In this document: piece after piece, positions 1 through 13,800 of the stretch
Layout: the number at the start of each line of letters is the position of its first letter
Position numbering within the stretch: position 1 is the first letter of the stretch
Assembly: GCA_964016885.1 (NCBI GenBank)
Contig: OZ024745.1
Location: forward strand, 25,730,001-25,794,000
Reading direction: 5' to 3'
DNA length: 64,000 nt
Source: Eledone cirrhosa
Taxonomy: Eukaryota
Notes under the pieces: model-generated
What the model saw: only the letters and a program-made list of their open reading frames with translations
The model's database searches: none
What the model was told of the DNA's origin: nothing
Translations under genes and position numbers: made by a program

Positions 1-404
1 ATATATATTGTTTGCTGTTGTAGTTACATTCTCTTTTAAATGAAACAATAGCAGTCTAAAGTTTAAGTAAGTTAAACTTATGTTTTCAAATGAAAAGGGA
101 AATATAGTTTTTATGTTCATCAAATTTCAACAAAATATATTCATGTACAGAAGAATCGCAATTGAGAATGTACTAACCCAATTATCTTTCTTATTAAAGG
201 AAAGTTTAATCAACAATTTTCTCATTCAAATGAACCATTTTGCAGATTCCGAATCTTTATGTGCCAAATAAAATTCTAAAGAATGTTAAAGAGCGTTTTT
301 ATTTTCTTATTCTTTAAGGTAAAGAAAGGCATAATAATACAAGTGTTATTGGGTGAGGTAATACCAAATGCATTTACTTCTGTTGGTATAGTCATATGTA
401 TGCG

Positions 405-470
<66 letters not shown>

Positions 471-487
471 AACACACATGTATATAT

Positions 488-700
488 GGCGCGTGACTCA
501 GTGGTTAAAGAATTGGATTCGCAATCGTGAGGTTGTGTGTTCGATTCCCGGACCGGGTGATGCGTTATGTCCTTGAGCAAGACACTTTATTTCACGTTGC
601 TCCTTCTACCTGGATTTGCGACCGATAATAGTATATGCAATTGGAAAGACCAATGGAAACATTGTTTCCTCGGTCCGATTTGACGAAAGTCGATGGACTG

Positions 701-704
<4 letters not shown>
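488..704 (+). mobile_element. tRNA-derived SINE, family B
   Basis: tRNA-like head (ggcgcgtgactcagtggtta, B box gttcgattcc) followed by gtccttgagcaagacactttatttcacgttgctcc. Near-identical copies at 1400, 29861(-) and 30435. Confidence 0.85.
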
Positions 705-742
<38 letters not shown>

Positions 743-773
743 CAGTCGATCGACTTTCGTCAAATCGGACCGA
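670..773. repeat. ~104-bp palindrome centred on (TA)n
   Basis: tcggtccgatttgacgaaagtcgatggactgtcga-(TA)n-tcgacagtcgatcgactttcgtcaaatcggaccga, one mismatch between arms. Confidence 0.9.
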
Positions 774-785
774 TATATATATATA

Positions 786-866
786 CAGGGTGTTCCAAAA
801 AAATGTATGCACACTTTGAATAGAATGCTGTTGAAGTGAGTATACATTTTTGGTGGGAAAACCCTG
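786..866. mobile_element. Tc1/mariner-type short MITE (CAGGGTG...CACCCTG)
   Basis: TIRs cagggtgttcc...aaaatgtat / atacatttt...accctg in TA context. Related copies at 21842-21953 and 27328-27416. Confidence 0.7.
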
Positions 867-1162
867 TGTGTATATATATATATATAAAACTATGATTAAA
901 GGGTGACAGATCCGCTAACATATACATACACTGCCGCCCATATATTAGCATGTGTGTATATATGTATATATATATATAGATATAGATATATATACACACA
1001 GGTCGATGAAAAGCATGAGACGTTCTACGTGTGTGCACACCTATAAGTAATGGTGGATTATTAAGCGTTTAATCTATAAACTCTATTGTATTGACTGCCC
1101 TAGCCCTTTTCTTTCGTCTGCTCACATAAATGTATGTCTGTCTATCTATCTATATATTTATA

Positions 1163-1195
<33 letters not shown>

Positions 1196-1399
1196 GTGTG
1201 TACATACATACATACCTACACACATATTTATATCCGTACAATATGAACATATATATATATATATATATATGTATAGTGTGTGTGTGTGTTTGGGTGTGTG
1301 TGTGTGTGTGTTTGGGTGTGTGGGTATATATGTGTGTGATGTATATGTGGGTATGTATGTATATATATATGTGTGTCTGTGCGTGTGAGAGTGTGTGTT

Positions 1400-1610
1400 G
1401 GCGTGTGGCTGATTGGTTAGAGAACTGGATTCCCATTCTTGAGGTTGTGAGTTCGATTCCTGGACCGGGTGATGCGTTATGACCTTGAGCAAGACACTTT
1501 ATTTCACGTTGCTCCTTCTACCTGGATTTGCGACCGATAATAGTATATGCAATTGGAAAGACCAATGGAAACATTATCTCCTCGGTCCGATTTGACGAAA
1601 GTCGATCGAC
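1400..1610 (+). mobile_element. tRNA-derived SINE, family B
   Basis: Close copy of 488-704. Confidence 0.85.
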
Positions 1611-1615
1611 AAATT

Positions 1616-1664
<49 letters not shown>

Positions 1665-1951
1665 GTATTAAACATATATATTAATATAATAGGAACATTC
1701 TTAACGTTTCGAACGCTAGTGCATCATCATATGTATAGATAGATATATGGAGGTCATCTGTAGCTGTGACCGTATCAATTCTGTGCTTATATTGTGCCGC
1801 AACCCCGCCACATGTATATATATATATATATATATATATAGCAGTCGTTACACAACAGTTAGTTCACCATACCCAGAACAATTGTTTCACCTTAGCGGAT
1901 CCTCAGCTCGTAATGGACATGGTTATACGGAACAGGAAGGACATATATATA

Positions 1952-2356
1952 TGAGGGCTGGCTGACAAGTTCATAGGCTGACCAAGGTACTCTCATGGAA
2001 TGACCAAATGAAGTTTATTTTTCAACATAGTCCCTGGGAAGAAAAAAATTAAGTTATTAATAAAAAGAATTTAAATTAATTGTTTCTACTTTTGGCACAC
2101 GGCCAGTAATTTTCTCAGGACATTACTGGTACTTTATTTTATCGACCCCATAAGGATAAAAGGCAAAGTTAACCTTGGCGGGATTTGAACTCAGAATAGA
2201 AAGGGTCGTAATTCTATGCGTCAATGCATGACGTCCGACGCTCTACCGATACTGCCAATCCACCGCCCTTTAGAATTTAAATTAATGCCTGCAAGATTTC
2301 ACAGCTCTAGCATCAGTCCTTCATAGTCAGCCTATAAACTTATCAACCGACACTCG
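1952..2356. mobile_element. mariner-type MITE (TA-CGAGGG...CCCTCG-TA) interrupted by a SINE
   Basis: TIRs tgagggctggctgacaagttcataggctgac / gtcagcctataaacttatcaaccgacactcg with TA flanks. Uninterrupted copies at 24514-24693 and 45237-45447. Confidence 0.8.
2081..2271 (-). mobile_element. tRNA-derived SINE, family A, with 15-bp TSD
   Basis: Minus strand shows A box tggcagtatcgg, B box gagttcaaatcc and body gcctttcatccttacggggtcgataaaataaagtaccag (family consensus). TSD agaatttaaattaat at 2066-2080 and 2272-2286. Confidence 0.9.
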
Positions 2357-3383
2357 TATATACTCAGAAGTAATAAGATGAATTAAAGAAGAGTAAAATG
2401 TAAAATATATTGCTGGGTAGAATAGGAGAATATGACAAAAAGGTTTAGCAAAGCCTTTTCTCCCCTCCTTAATTGACAGACACACGAAGATGGGTAAATG
2501 TTATTGGGCGAATGTTTACAAGAAGCATTCCAAGAATATCTTCATTGACAAATGAGAATAGAGGAATTTGTTTTTGTTTTCAATTTTAATTTTATTTCTT
2601 TATCTTGTTTGTTATTCTTCTTTTAAAGCGGGGTGGCCGAGAGCGATTCTGTATGAAAGCTCGACCTAGATTTCACCATGAATGAGAGAAGAGAGAGGGA
2701 AAGAGAGAGCGAGCGTAGGGGCGGGTTAGAGAGTCAGAGGGGGAGAGAAATCGTGATAGGCCTATACGCGTATGTATGTCTGTGTGTTCGTGTGTGTGGT
2801 GAGACAGATGAAAGGTGAATGGTAGCTGATTTGCTGTTGCTGGTGGTGGTGTTGATGGTGGTATTTGCTTTCTGACGACGGAGGTAGCTACTTGTGGGGA
2901 CAGGATAAAATAAATAGCACAAACCAATTTCATCGTGGGTGACCGATGTTTGAAATGATTTCTGACTGAGCCAGCGTGAGGGCGAGTCTTTATGCATGGT
3001 ACCCTAGATTTGCTAGAAATAGTAGACAAACCCCTCTTGACTAAACCACTATCCCACTCAATTAAAAAGAAAACTAAGTCTACACTAGTTAATACAATAT
3101 CACATACGCTAAAGAATGATGGATTGGTTGAATTAGTAGAGGCTCGAATAAAATGCCACTTCAGTATTTGATCTGGCTCTTTGTATTATGAGTTCAAATC
3201 TTGCCATTGTCAACTTTGCCTTTCATCCTATCCTTCCGCGGATGATTTAATCAGTTTTTGCTCTTCCCTAAATTGCTGGCCTTGTGCCTAATTTATAAAT
3301 CAATATTACATACGCTAAACTTGATAAACGTGTTTGTCATGACTGGAACATTTATTAATAATGTACAGTCTGTTCAATTAGAT

Positions 3384-3715
3384 CAGAGGTTCTCAAACTT
3401 TGCCCCCTCCCCCCACGGGCATGTAATACCCTCAGCGTCACAACCCTATTTCCAGAGAGACCTGTCTACATGCAAATAGTAAATAATATATAATAAATTA
3501 AATCCTTAATTTATATATAATGAATAATACAAAATATACTATGTATAAATAAATATTATATATTTTTTATTTTACTATATATATAATTTGTATCATTTGA
3601 TATTTAATATACTATTATATCATCTCTACCGCCCCCGCCCTCTTAGGCAGTGACTCCCCCTGGGACCTTCTCAACGTGCCCCGGGGGGTGGTAGCGCCCA
3701 CTTTGAGAACTTCTG
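3384..3715. mobile_element. hAT (Charlie-like) MITE
   Basis: TIRs cagaggttctcaaact / ctttgagaacttctg, 8-bp TSD aattagat / aattagac. Confidence 0.8.
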
Positions 3716-4012
3716 AATTAGACCAAGGGTTCAGAAACAACAGTAGTATGATTTTTTTTTTTGACGAGCAACACGGCTACGAATTCCCCGAGAATTGTTG
3801 TAAACACTACTGAATTGACTGACACCTCGTGTGTGTCTGCTCCCCAGGGAAATGAAAAACAATATTTGATTCAACCCGTCGGGATTTCAGTGGCTGTGAG
3901 AATGAGAAACATTCTTAAGACGTGTGGGAAAAGGAAATGTTTCGTTCATGCTTTAACGACCTTCCCAATGGCACATTAGCAATCTCAGTAAAGGGATTTT
4001 CGCTACAACCGG

Positions 4013-4093
<81 letters not shown>

Positions 4094-4129
4094 TGTGTGT
4101 GTATACTAAATCTACAATCCCACTTTGTG

Positions 4130-4297
4130 TGCGTATGTAGCGAAATTCCCTTTACGTCAATACTCATCTTTTTCCATTTATCTGAGGGTTCTAAACCCCA
4201 TTATCAGACTAAAATTTCTTTAGTCAAAAATACGGTGAAAGCTATTTTATTTTCTAATTTCAAACCTGCTCACTGTTTCAAAACATACTTACTTGTC

Positions 4298-4298
<1 letters not shown>
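4130..4298. repeat. (TA)n-embedded dispersed repeat
   Basis: Reverse-complement copy at 33737-33885. Both copies are flanked by TA arrays. Confidence 0.75.
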
Positions 4299-4329
<31 letters not shown>

Positions 4330-4334
4330 ACATT

Positions 4335-4600
4335 TTGTTGGTTCACCACTGGATAGAACTGGTCATTCCGTATAGTCAACCTTGATGTAATATTAGGGAG
4401 AGCACTCGACGTAATGCAACTCACCGTCTTCGTTTGTGTTGGTGGTGCGAGTACGGAGTTAATTATTATAAAATAACAGGAGGCTGGACTGGTGTAATTC
4501 CTTAAAGGTTTATTATACTATGAACATTTCAATGACTGGGTTCAGTATGAATCTGATGACATCATCGGGTATTCGAAATTTAACAAAGGAATATAATCCA
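4335..4600 (-). mobile_element. PLE-like pseudo-LTR fragment with degenerate hammerhead
   Basis: Minus strand atac-CCGATGA-...-GAAA-tgttca-TA-gtat at about 4513-4574. A rearranged copy of the same family lies at 8010-8305. Confidence 0.5.
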
Positions 4601-4685
4601 TGGGGCTGAAAAGGCAGAGAGACAAGAAGGCGGCCACACATTTAGCAGTTTCTAGTTCGGTCGACCGCCTTCAAGTATTTTATAA

Positions 4686-5289
4686 TACATACATACATAC
4701 ATACATACATACATGGTGGCTGCCAACTCGTTTTCGAGTACGGCCACTACTTTATATCCATGTAGGAGAACCCCTACCGATGCGCTGAACGAGTGTGACT
4801 TTTTAGTCCAGCCAGCGACTTGAAAACTCTGGTACAAACACTACACTTGTGACAATTATTGACACATAGTGCTGTGCCCATCTGACGACAAGTGCAGAGA
4901 GATCTCCAGATATAAAGCAATGCCTGTGCCGTGAAGCTTTTATAGTGAACAAAGCCAGTCCCACTCTCTTAACCAAGGTGATATTTACCAAAAAGAAGAA
5001 CAAGTCAACATCATTGGATACCATCAGGGTTGTAGGTGTTACATCAGAGTTTTCCTTCTCCTAGAATTCTGCCTTGACAAAGGCTAAGAGCTCATCTCTC
5101 CCGGTGATTTTGGATGGCCATTGAGTCTTTTGCCCTTTGATAGGTTTTGTTTTTAGTCCTGCAGGATGTCCAAAGTCACCCTCCTCACCAAGAAATCTTG
5201 GTGGGGTTGCCAGTTTAGTCGCCAACGACCCGACCATGAGACAGGTTGTACTGGGATACATGTTACCAGTAGCACCAACTGGTGACCTG
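4686..5289 (-). mobile_element. non-autonomous RTE-derived element, copy 1, (ATGT)n tail
   Basis: Minus strand ends in an RTE-type C2H2 finger remnant ([23 protein letters not shown]) and then (ATGT)n. The ggagaaggaaaactctgat motif is RTE 5'UTR-like. Confidence 0.65.
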
Positions 5290-5762
5290 ACATACATACA
5301 TACATGGTGGCTGCCAACTCGTTTTCGAGTACGGCCACTACTTTATATCCGTCTAGGAGAACCCCTACCGATGCGCTGAACGAGTGTGACTTTTTAGTCC
5401 AGCCAGCGACTTGGAAACTCTGGTACAGACACTACACTTGTGACAATTATTGACACATAGTGCTGGGCCCATGGTACCATGTGACGACAAGTGCAGAGAG
5501 ATCTCCAGATATAAAGCAATGCCTGTACCGTGAAGCTTTTATAGTGAGCAAAGGCACTGCACAAAGCCAGTCCCACTCTCTTAACCAAGAAGATATTTAC
5601 CAAAAAGAAGAACAAGTCAACATCATTGGATACCATCAGGGTTGCAGGTGTTATATCAGAGTTTTCCTTCTCCCAGAATTCTGCCTTGACAAAGGCTAAG
5701 GGGTCATCTCTCCCGGTGATTTTGGATGGCCATTGACTCTTAAGAGCTCCTTTGCCCTTTGA
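5290..5762 (-). mobile_element. non-autonomous RTE-derived element, copy 2 (5'-truncated)
   Basis: Tandem copy offset about 591 bp with indel differences, flanked by (ACAT)n. Confidence 0.65.
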
Positions 5763-5790
5763 TACATACATACATACATACATACATACA

Positions 5791-5821
<31 letters not shown>

Positions 5822-5863
5822 GTGTGTGTGTGCGTGTATATAAATATATGGAAAAATTATGTG

Positions 5864-5920
<57 letters not shown>

Positions 5921-6037
5921 TGTTTCCGAAACATTGTATTTATTTTCTCTTACAATATATATCTAGGATGTACCGAGAGTGCTTAATTGAGAACAATGCT
6001 TAATTAGCACTAATCCAATTCATTATTATCATTTGAA

Positions 6038-6221
6038 GGTGGTGGATTGGTAGAGGGTCGGACGCCATGCTTTCCAGCATAGTTATGTCCCTTTATGATC
6101 TGAGTTCAAATCCCGCCGAGGTTGACTTTGCCTTTCATCCTTACGGGGTCGATAAAATAAAGTACCAGTAATGCACTGGGATAGTTGCTGGCCTTGTGCC
6201 TAAAGTAGAAACAATTATTAT
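6038..6221 (+). mobile_element. SINE family A
   Basis: B box gagttcaaatcccgccg, conserved body, (att)n tail. Confidence 0.88.
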
Positions 6222-6288
6222 CATTTGAATTAATGGAATTGATTTGCTACATTGGAAGAAGGTCATAGATTATGGACAGATGACGATG

Positions 6289-7137
6289 GGTTAGTTATAT
6301 ACGATGTTATAACGATGTTATATGTTAGTTATATACGATGTTATAACGATGTTATATGTTAGTTATATACGATGTTATAACGATGTTATATGTTAGTTAT
6401 ATACGATGTTATAACGATGTTATATGTTAGTTATATACGATGTTATAACGATGTTATAACGATGTTATATGATAGTTATATACGATGTTATAACGATGTT
6501 ATATGTTAGTTATATACGATGTTATAACGATGTTATATGTTAGTTATATACGATGTTATATGTTAGTTATATACGATGTTATATACGATGTTATATGATA
6601 GTTATATACGATGTTATAACGATGTTATATGATAGTTATATACGATGTTATAACGATGTTATATGTTAGTTATATACGATGTTATAACGATGTTATACGA
6701 TGTTATAACGATGTTATATGTTAGTTATATACGATGTTATAACGATGTTATATGTTAGTTATATACGATGTTATATGTTAGTTATATACGATGTTATATA
6801 CGATGTTATATGTTAGTTATATACGATGTTATAACGATGTTATATGATAGTTATATACAATGTTATAACGATGTTATATGTTAGTTATATACGATGTTTT
6901 AACGATGTTATATGTTAGTTATATACGATGTTATAACGATGTTATATGTTAGTTATATACGATGCTATAATGATGTTATATGTTAGTTATATACGATGTT
7001 ATAACGATGTTATATGTTAGTTATATACGATGTTATAAGGATGTTATATGTTAGTTATATACGATGTTTATACGATGTTATATGTTAGTTATATACGATG
7101 TTATAACGATGTTATATGTTAGTTATATACGATGTTA
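6289..7137. repeat. minisatellite, 34-bp unit GTTAGTTATATACGATGTTATAACGATGTTATAT
   Basis: About 25 units built from 11-12-bp subrepeats. Confidence 0.95.
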
Positions 7138-7329
7138 ATATATAACTGGATCGTTTCGTCACCTTTGCGTATCTCAGTTGCTGTCAGCTTCAGTACGGCC
7201 ATGCTTTTCCACCACACTCCCTCTATAGAACTCCCAAACCAAGAACTTTTGGAAATTTCCCATAATTTCAGATTTGTATTGGAGTAGCTGTGGGTGGGTT
7301 GGTGGTGAGGAGGGGGGTCCTCTCCGAGT

Positions 7330-7742
7330 GACACTTTTGTAGGGCCAGTACTATTGCGCTTATTGCATAGGTATAGTTTCCGGGAGGGGAAAGTCGATTA
7401 AATCGACCCCAGTGTGTGCATTATTTTATCTACCCCGTAGGGATGAAAGGCAAAGTTAACCTCGGCGGGATTTGAATTCATAACGTAAAGGGTCGAAACT
7501 CTATGCTGCGAAGCATGGTGTCCGACGATCTACCGATTCTGCCAATTCATAGAAAATAATTGTTTCTTGGAACAAGGCCAGCAATTAAATCAGTGCATTA
7601 CTGGTACTTTATTTTATCGACCTCGTAAGGATGAAAAGCAAAGTTAACCTCGGCGGGATTTGAACTCAGAATGGCAAGGGTCGTAGGTGTGCCACAAAGC
7701 ATGGCGTCCGACCCTCTACCAATACTGCCAATCAACCGGCCG
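7330..7742 (-). mobile_element. two tandem SINE family A copies
   Basis: Bodies at about 7330-7548 and 7557-7742. Confidence 0.85.
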
Positions 7743-7890
7743 TAATAATAACAGACAGCAATGCGAACTGAAAGAGACACAAAGCAAGAAACTACACAAG
7801 ACACATCAGTAACAAATCAATGTATATGTTCATGTATATAGACATATATACTATGAGGCATGTAGACTCATAGAGTCATATAGTTAAATA

Positions 7891-8009
<119 letters not shown>

Positions 8010-8305
8010 GGTTTGAAGGTTCACCACTAGATAGAGCTGGTCAATTCCGTATGGTCAATCTTGATGTAATAATATGGAGAGTACTCAACGTAAAGCAGTT
8101 CAATCGTCTTCGTTTTTGTAGTTGGTGGTACGAGTACGGATTTGAATATTAATATTTAACTCCGTACTCGCACCACCAACTACAAAAACGAAGACGGTTA
8201 AACTGCTTTACGTTGAGATTCATACGGAACCCGGTCATTGAAATGATCATAGTATAATAAACCTTTCAAGGATTTACACAAGTCCAGCCTCCTGTTATTT
8301 TATTA
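8010..8305. mobile_element. PLE-like fragment with internal palindrome 8084-8217 and a hammerhead 3' half
   Basis: Arms ctcaacgtaaagcagtt...gagtacgga / tccgtactc...aactgctttacgttgag, then GAAA-tgatca-TA at about 8240. Flanked by (TA)n. Confidence 0.6.
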
Positions 8306-8329
8306 TTATATATATATATAATAATAATA

Positions 8330-8495
8330 ATAATAAATTTGAAGACTAAAATCCAAAGAGGGCTCGATAAGGATAAGTATATATCAACATATCAATATAT
8401 AAGAACCCTAGAGCAATTATTTATTAAAATAACAGATTAAAGTTTAAGCAAGGAATCGCTGCTTTCACTCTTAACGGGATCTTCTGAAATAAATA
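8330..8495. repeat. (TA)n-embedded dispersed repeat
   Basis: Rearranged or inverted pieces recur at 21595-21810. Confidence 0.6.
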
Positions 8496-8996
8496 AATAT
8501 ATATATATATATATATACACACTAACCCTCTATGCGGTCGCTCAAAGACTCAGAAATAGTACCCAAATCATGATATGTTGTATTTAATTAAAATAGATAT
8601 TAGACATTATAATCCCAGATTAGATACATGATGTCTTAGTGAAAGACAGTGTAGTTAGGTCTAGAATGCTTTTGATTAGTGACCTAGAGCTAAACAATAA
8701 GAGCACACACACACACATACCCACACGCACGCGCGCGCACACACACACAGACACACATACACACACATGTTTGCATGCATATATACATACATATACACAC
8801 GTTTGCCTGCATATATACAAACATACATACATGCATGCAAATATACATGCAAACTTACATACATACATGTATGCATACATACACACATACATACATACAC
8901 GCACACACGTCTGCATGCATACATAGATGCAAACATACATACATACACACATGTTTGCATAAATACATATATATTTACACACACATATGTCTGCAT

Positions 8997-9096
<100 letters not shown>

Positions 9097-9320
9097 CTGA
9101 ACACATACATACAGACATATATATGTGACCGAAATATAGATTGTCACAATTCTGTAGAATACATTGCACATATAATCAGCAGCTGCGTGTAAAATATTAT
9201 TAAGGTTATATACATTCCTATGCGGCATGATGTGTTCTTGCTAAAACAATATACAATACCATCTGTAGAAAGGTTTGCCGTGGGATATACATACATACAC
9301 ACATACACACACACACACAC

Positions 9321-9390
<70 letters not shown>

Positions 9391-10034
9391 AAAAAAACAA
9401 ACCAAAAAGAAAAACATTGGTGTAACATTCCCATGAAAACATCCTGCAAATGCAAAGACAACAGTCTTGACATACTTGTCTGGGACAGAAAATAAAAATC
9501 GTGTACTATTGTTAAGGGAGGTCATCTCTGCAGACTTATGTTTCATTGAAAATCTGTACAAAAAGAGAACATTTGTGGCAGTTTACTTCTAAATATGTAA
9601 GGTCTTTAGCTTCATCATAAATTAAAATTTATAAATTATAATTTTTTAAACTCTCCCATTAACGTATTTCTAATGAAATGCACTGTCTATTAATAAAATA
9701 ACTAATTTTTTTTTAAATTATTAATAACCTGATATTTAGAAATATTTCTAATATAAAATGATAGTACAATGTTCTAATATTAGGATCAATATTTTAAAAT
9801 TATCAGTTTAATACCATAAATCCAGGATGGTTTCAGGTGGTTTTGGTATCAAAAGGGTTAAATTTCCGAACCAAAGAAAAATAACGTCTAACATTTTATT
9901 CAACGTGTGAGTACATTTGTGAAAGTCTGTGAGGTTTTTTAAAAATATAGCATGTAAATCTATGGATCGGGAACATCTGTCCATAGAGTCATTTTTAGTT
10001 AAATAAAATTAAATAAATGAAAATATATAGTGAT

Positions 10035-10468
10035 TTCTTTTGAAGGCACAAGGCCAACAATTTTTGGGGAGGAAAAAGTCGACCAAATCGACCACAATGC
10101 GTTACTGGTACTTTATATTATCGACCCCCCTTAGGATGAAAGTCAGTGCTAATCTCAGCGGGAGTTGAACTCAAAACGTAAAGGGACGAAACCCTATACC
10201 ACAAAGCATATTATCCGACGCTCCACCGATAAATAGATAAATAATGACCATCGGAATCATATAATTCTATATAAATAAAATAATTGTTTCTACTTTAGGC
10301 ACAAGGCCAGCAATTACCCAGTGCATTACTGGTACTTTATTTTATCCACCCCGTAAGGATGAAAGGCAAAGTTAACCTAGGCGGGATTTGAACTCAGAAT
10401 GGCAAGGGCCGTAACTCTATGCATCAAAGCATGGCATCCAACCCTCTACCGATACTGCCAATTCACCA
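10035..10468 (-). mobile_element. two SINE family A copies
   Basis: Diverged copy at about 10035-10230 and a well-preserved copy at 10281-10468. Confidence 0.85.
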
Positions 10469-10864
10469 ATAAAATAATACACCGCAGAAAATATGAATCT
10501 AACATTTTTCTTTTCCAAAGCATTTTTGGACTTTGAATCTTATGTGAACCTGCTTCAATGTCCAGACCATAGACCTCGGATTTTAGTTTAACAAAATAAA
10601 ATATATTAAAACTATATATATATATCCAGAGCGCTTAAGGGTCACACGTGATAGTCGCTAGTTTGTGGCCCATGCTCTTAGTAGTTAATTCTAACTTAAA
10701 TTCTAATGATATATTTTAACCCTTTAAGTTCTTTATTTCTAGTATAAAAAATTACAAAAATAAATAAATTAAAAAAAAAAACATACATGCCTTTCGCAGA
10801 TAATAAAAAATAACCCTGCGTTTTCTTAATTTCAGAGTGTGAAGACAGACGTTAGAATTGCCAT

Positions 10865-13800
10865 GTTGTGTTGGACAATTGTTTCTCACTTTGAGGTTGT
10901 GTTGGACAATTGTTTCTCACTTTGAGGGGTTGTGTTGGACAGTTGTTTCTCACTTTGAGGTTGTGTTGGACAATTGTTTCTCACTTAGAGGGGTTGTGTT
11001 GGACAGTTGTTTCTCACTTTGAGGTTGTGTTGGACAATTGTTTCTCACTTTGAGGTTGTGTTGGACAGTTGTTTCTCACTTTGAGGGGTTGTGTTGGACA
11101 GTTGTTTCTCACTTTGAGGTTGTGTTGGACAATTGTTTCTCACTTTGAGGGGTTGTGTTGGACAGTTGTTTCTCACTTTGAGGTTGTGTTGGACAATTGT
11201 TTCTCACTTTGAGGGGTTGTGTTGGACAGTTGTTTCTCACTTTGAGGTTGTGTTGGACAATTGTTTCTCACTTAGAGGTTGTGTTGGACAATTGTTTCTC
11301 ACTTTGAGGGGTTGTGTTGGACAATTGTTTCTCACTTTGAGGTTGTGTTGGACAATTGTTTCTCACTTTGAGGTTGTGTTGGACAATTGTTTCTCACTTT
11401 GAGGGGTTGTGTTGGACAATTGTTTCTCACTTTGAGGTTGTGTTGGACAATTGTTTCTCACTTTGAGGTTGTGTTGGACAATTGTTTCTCACTTTGAGGG
11501 GTTGTGTTGGACAATTGTTTCTCACTTTGAGGTTGTGTTGGACAATTGTTTCTCACTTTGAGGTTGTGTTGGACAATTGTTTCTCACTTTGAGGGGTTGT
11601 GTTGGACAATTGTTTCTCACTTTGAGGTTGTGTTGGACAATTGTTTCTCACTTTGAGGTTGTGTTGGACAATTGTTTCTCACTTTGAGGGGTTGTGTTGG
11701 ACAATTGTTTCTCACTTTGAGGTTGTGTTGGACAATTGTTTCTCACTTTGAGGTTGTGTTGGACAATTGTTTCTCACTTTGAGGTTGTGTTGGACAATTG
11801 TTTCTCACTTTGAGGGGTTGTGTTGGACAATTGTTTCTCACTTTGAGGTTGTGTTGGACAATTGTTTCTCACTTTGAGGGGTTGTGTTGGACAATTGTTT
11901 CTCACTTTGAGGTTGTGTTGGACAATTGTTTCTCACTTTGAGGTTGTGTTGGACAATTGTTTCTCACTTTGAGGGGTTGTGTTGGACAATTGTTTCTCAC
12001 TTTGAGGTTGTGTTGGACAATTGTTTCTCACTTTGAGGGGTTGTGTTGGACAATTGTTTCTCACTTTGAGGTTGTGTTGGACAATTGTTTCTCACTTTGA
12101 GGTTGTGTTGGACAATTGTTTCTCACTTTGAGGTTGTGTTGGACAATTGTTTCTCACTTTGAGGTTGTGTTGGACAATTGTTTCTCACTTTGAGGGGTTG
12201 TGTTGGACAATTGTTTCTCACTTTGAGGTTGTGTTGGACAATTGTTTCTCACTTTGAGGGGTTGTGTTGGACAATTGTTTCTCACTTTGAGGGGTTGTGT
12301 TGGACAATTGTTTCTCACTTTGAGGGGTTGTGTTGGACAATTGTTTCTCACTTTGAGATTGTGTTGGACAATTGTTTATCACTTTGAGGTTGTGTTGGAC
12401 AATTGTTTCTCACTTTGAGGTTGTGTTGGACAATTGTTTCTCACTTTGAGGTTGTGTTGGACAATTGTTTCTCACTTTGAGGGGTTGTGTTGGACAATTG
12501 TTTCTCACTTTGAGGTTGTGTTGGACAATTGTTTCTCACTTTGAGGTTGTGTTGGACAATTGTTTCTCACTTTGAGGTTGTGTTGGACAATTGTTTCTCA
12601 CTTTGAGGTTGTGTTGGACAATTGTTTCTCACTTTGAGGGGTTGTGTTGGACAATTGTTTCTCACTTTGAGGGGTTGTGTTGGACAATTGTTTCTCACTT
12701 TGAGGGGTTGTGTTGGACAATTGTTTCTCACTTTGAGGTTGTGTTGGACAATTGTTTCTCACTTTGAGGTTGTGTTGGACAATTGTTTCTCACTTTGAGG
12801 TTGTGTTGGACAATTGTTTCTCACTTTGAGGGGTTGTGTTGGACAATTGTTTCTCACTTTGAGGGGTTGTGTTGGACAATTGTTTCTCACTTTGAGGGGT
12901 TGTGTTGGACAATTGTTTCTCACTTTGAGGTTGTGTTGTACAATTGTTTCTCACTTTGAGGTTGTGTTGGACAATTGTTTCTCACTTTGAGGGGTTGTGT
13001 TGGACAATTGTTTCTCACTTTGAGGGGTTGTGTTGGACAATTTTTTCTCACTTTGAGGTTGTGTTGGACAATTGTTTCTCACTTTGAGGTTGTGTTGGAC
13101 AATTGTTTCTCACTTTGAGGTTGTGTTGGACAATTGTTTCTCACTTTGTGGTTGTGTTGGAAATTGTTTCTCACTTTGAGGGGTTGTGTTGGACAATTGT
13201 TTCTCACTTTGAGGTTGTGTTGGACAATTGTTTCTCACTTTGAGGTTGTGTTGGACAATTGTTTCTCACTTTGAGGTTGTGTTGGACAATTGTTTCTCAC
13301 TTTGAGGTTGTGTTGGACAATTGTTTCTCACTTTGAGGTTGTGTTGGACAATTGTTTCTCACTTTGAGGGGTTGTGTTGGACAATTGTTTCTCACTTTGA
13401 GGTTGTGTTGGACAATTGTTTCTCACTTTGAGGGGTTGTGTTGGACAATTGTTTCTCACTTTGAGGTTGTGTTGGACAATTGTTTCTCACTTTGAGGGGT
13501 TGTGTTGGACAATTGTTTCTCACTTTGAGGTTGTGTTGGACAATTGTTTCTCACTTTGAGGTTGTGTTGGACAATTGTTTCTCACTTTGAGGTTGTGTTG
13601 GACAATTGTTTCTCACTTTGAGGGGTTGTGTTGGACAATTGTTTCTCACTTTGAGGGGTTGTGTTGGACAATTGTTTCTCACTTTGAGGGGTTGTGTTGG
13701 ACAATTGTTTCTCACTTTGAGGGGTTGTGTTGGACAATTGTTTCTCACTTTGAGGTTGTGTTGGACAATTGTTTCTCACTTTGAGGTTGTGTTGGACAAT

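Noticed and set aside
488-560. tRNA genes
   Set aside because: The tRNA-like heads continue into SINE bodies and do not form complete cloverleaves.
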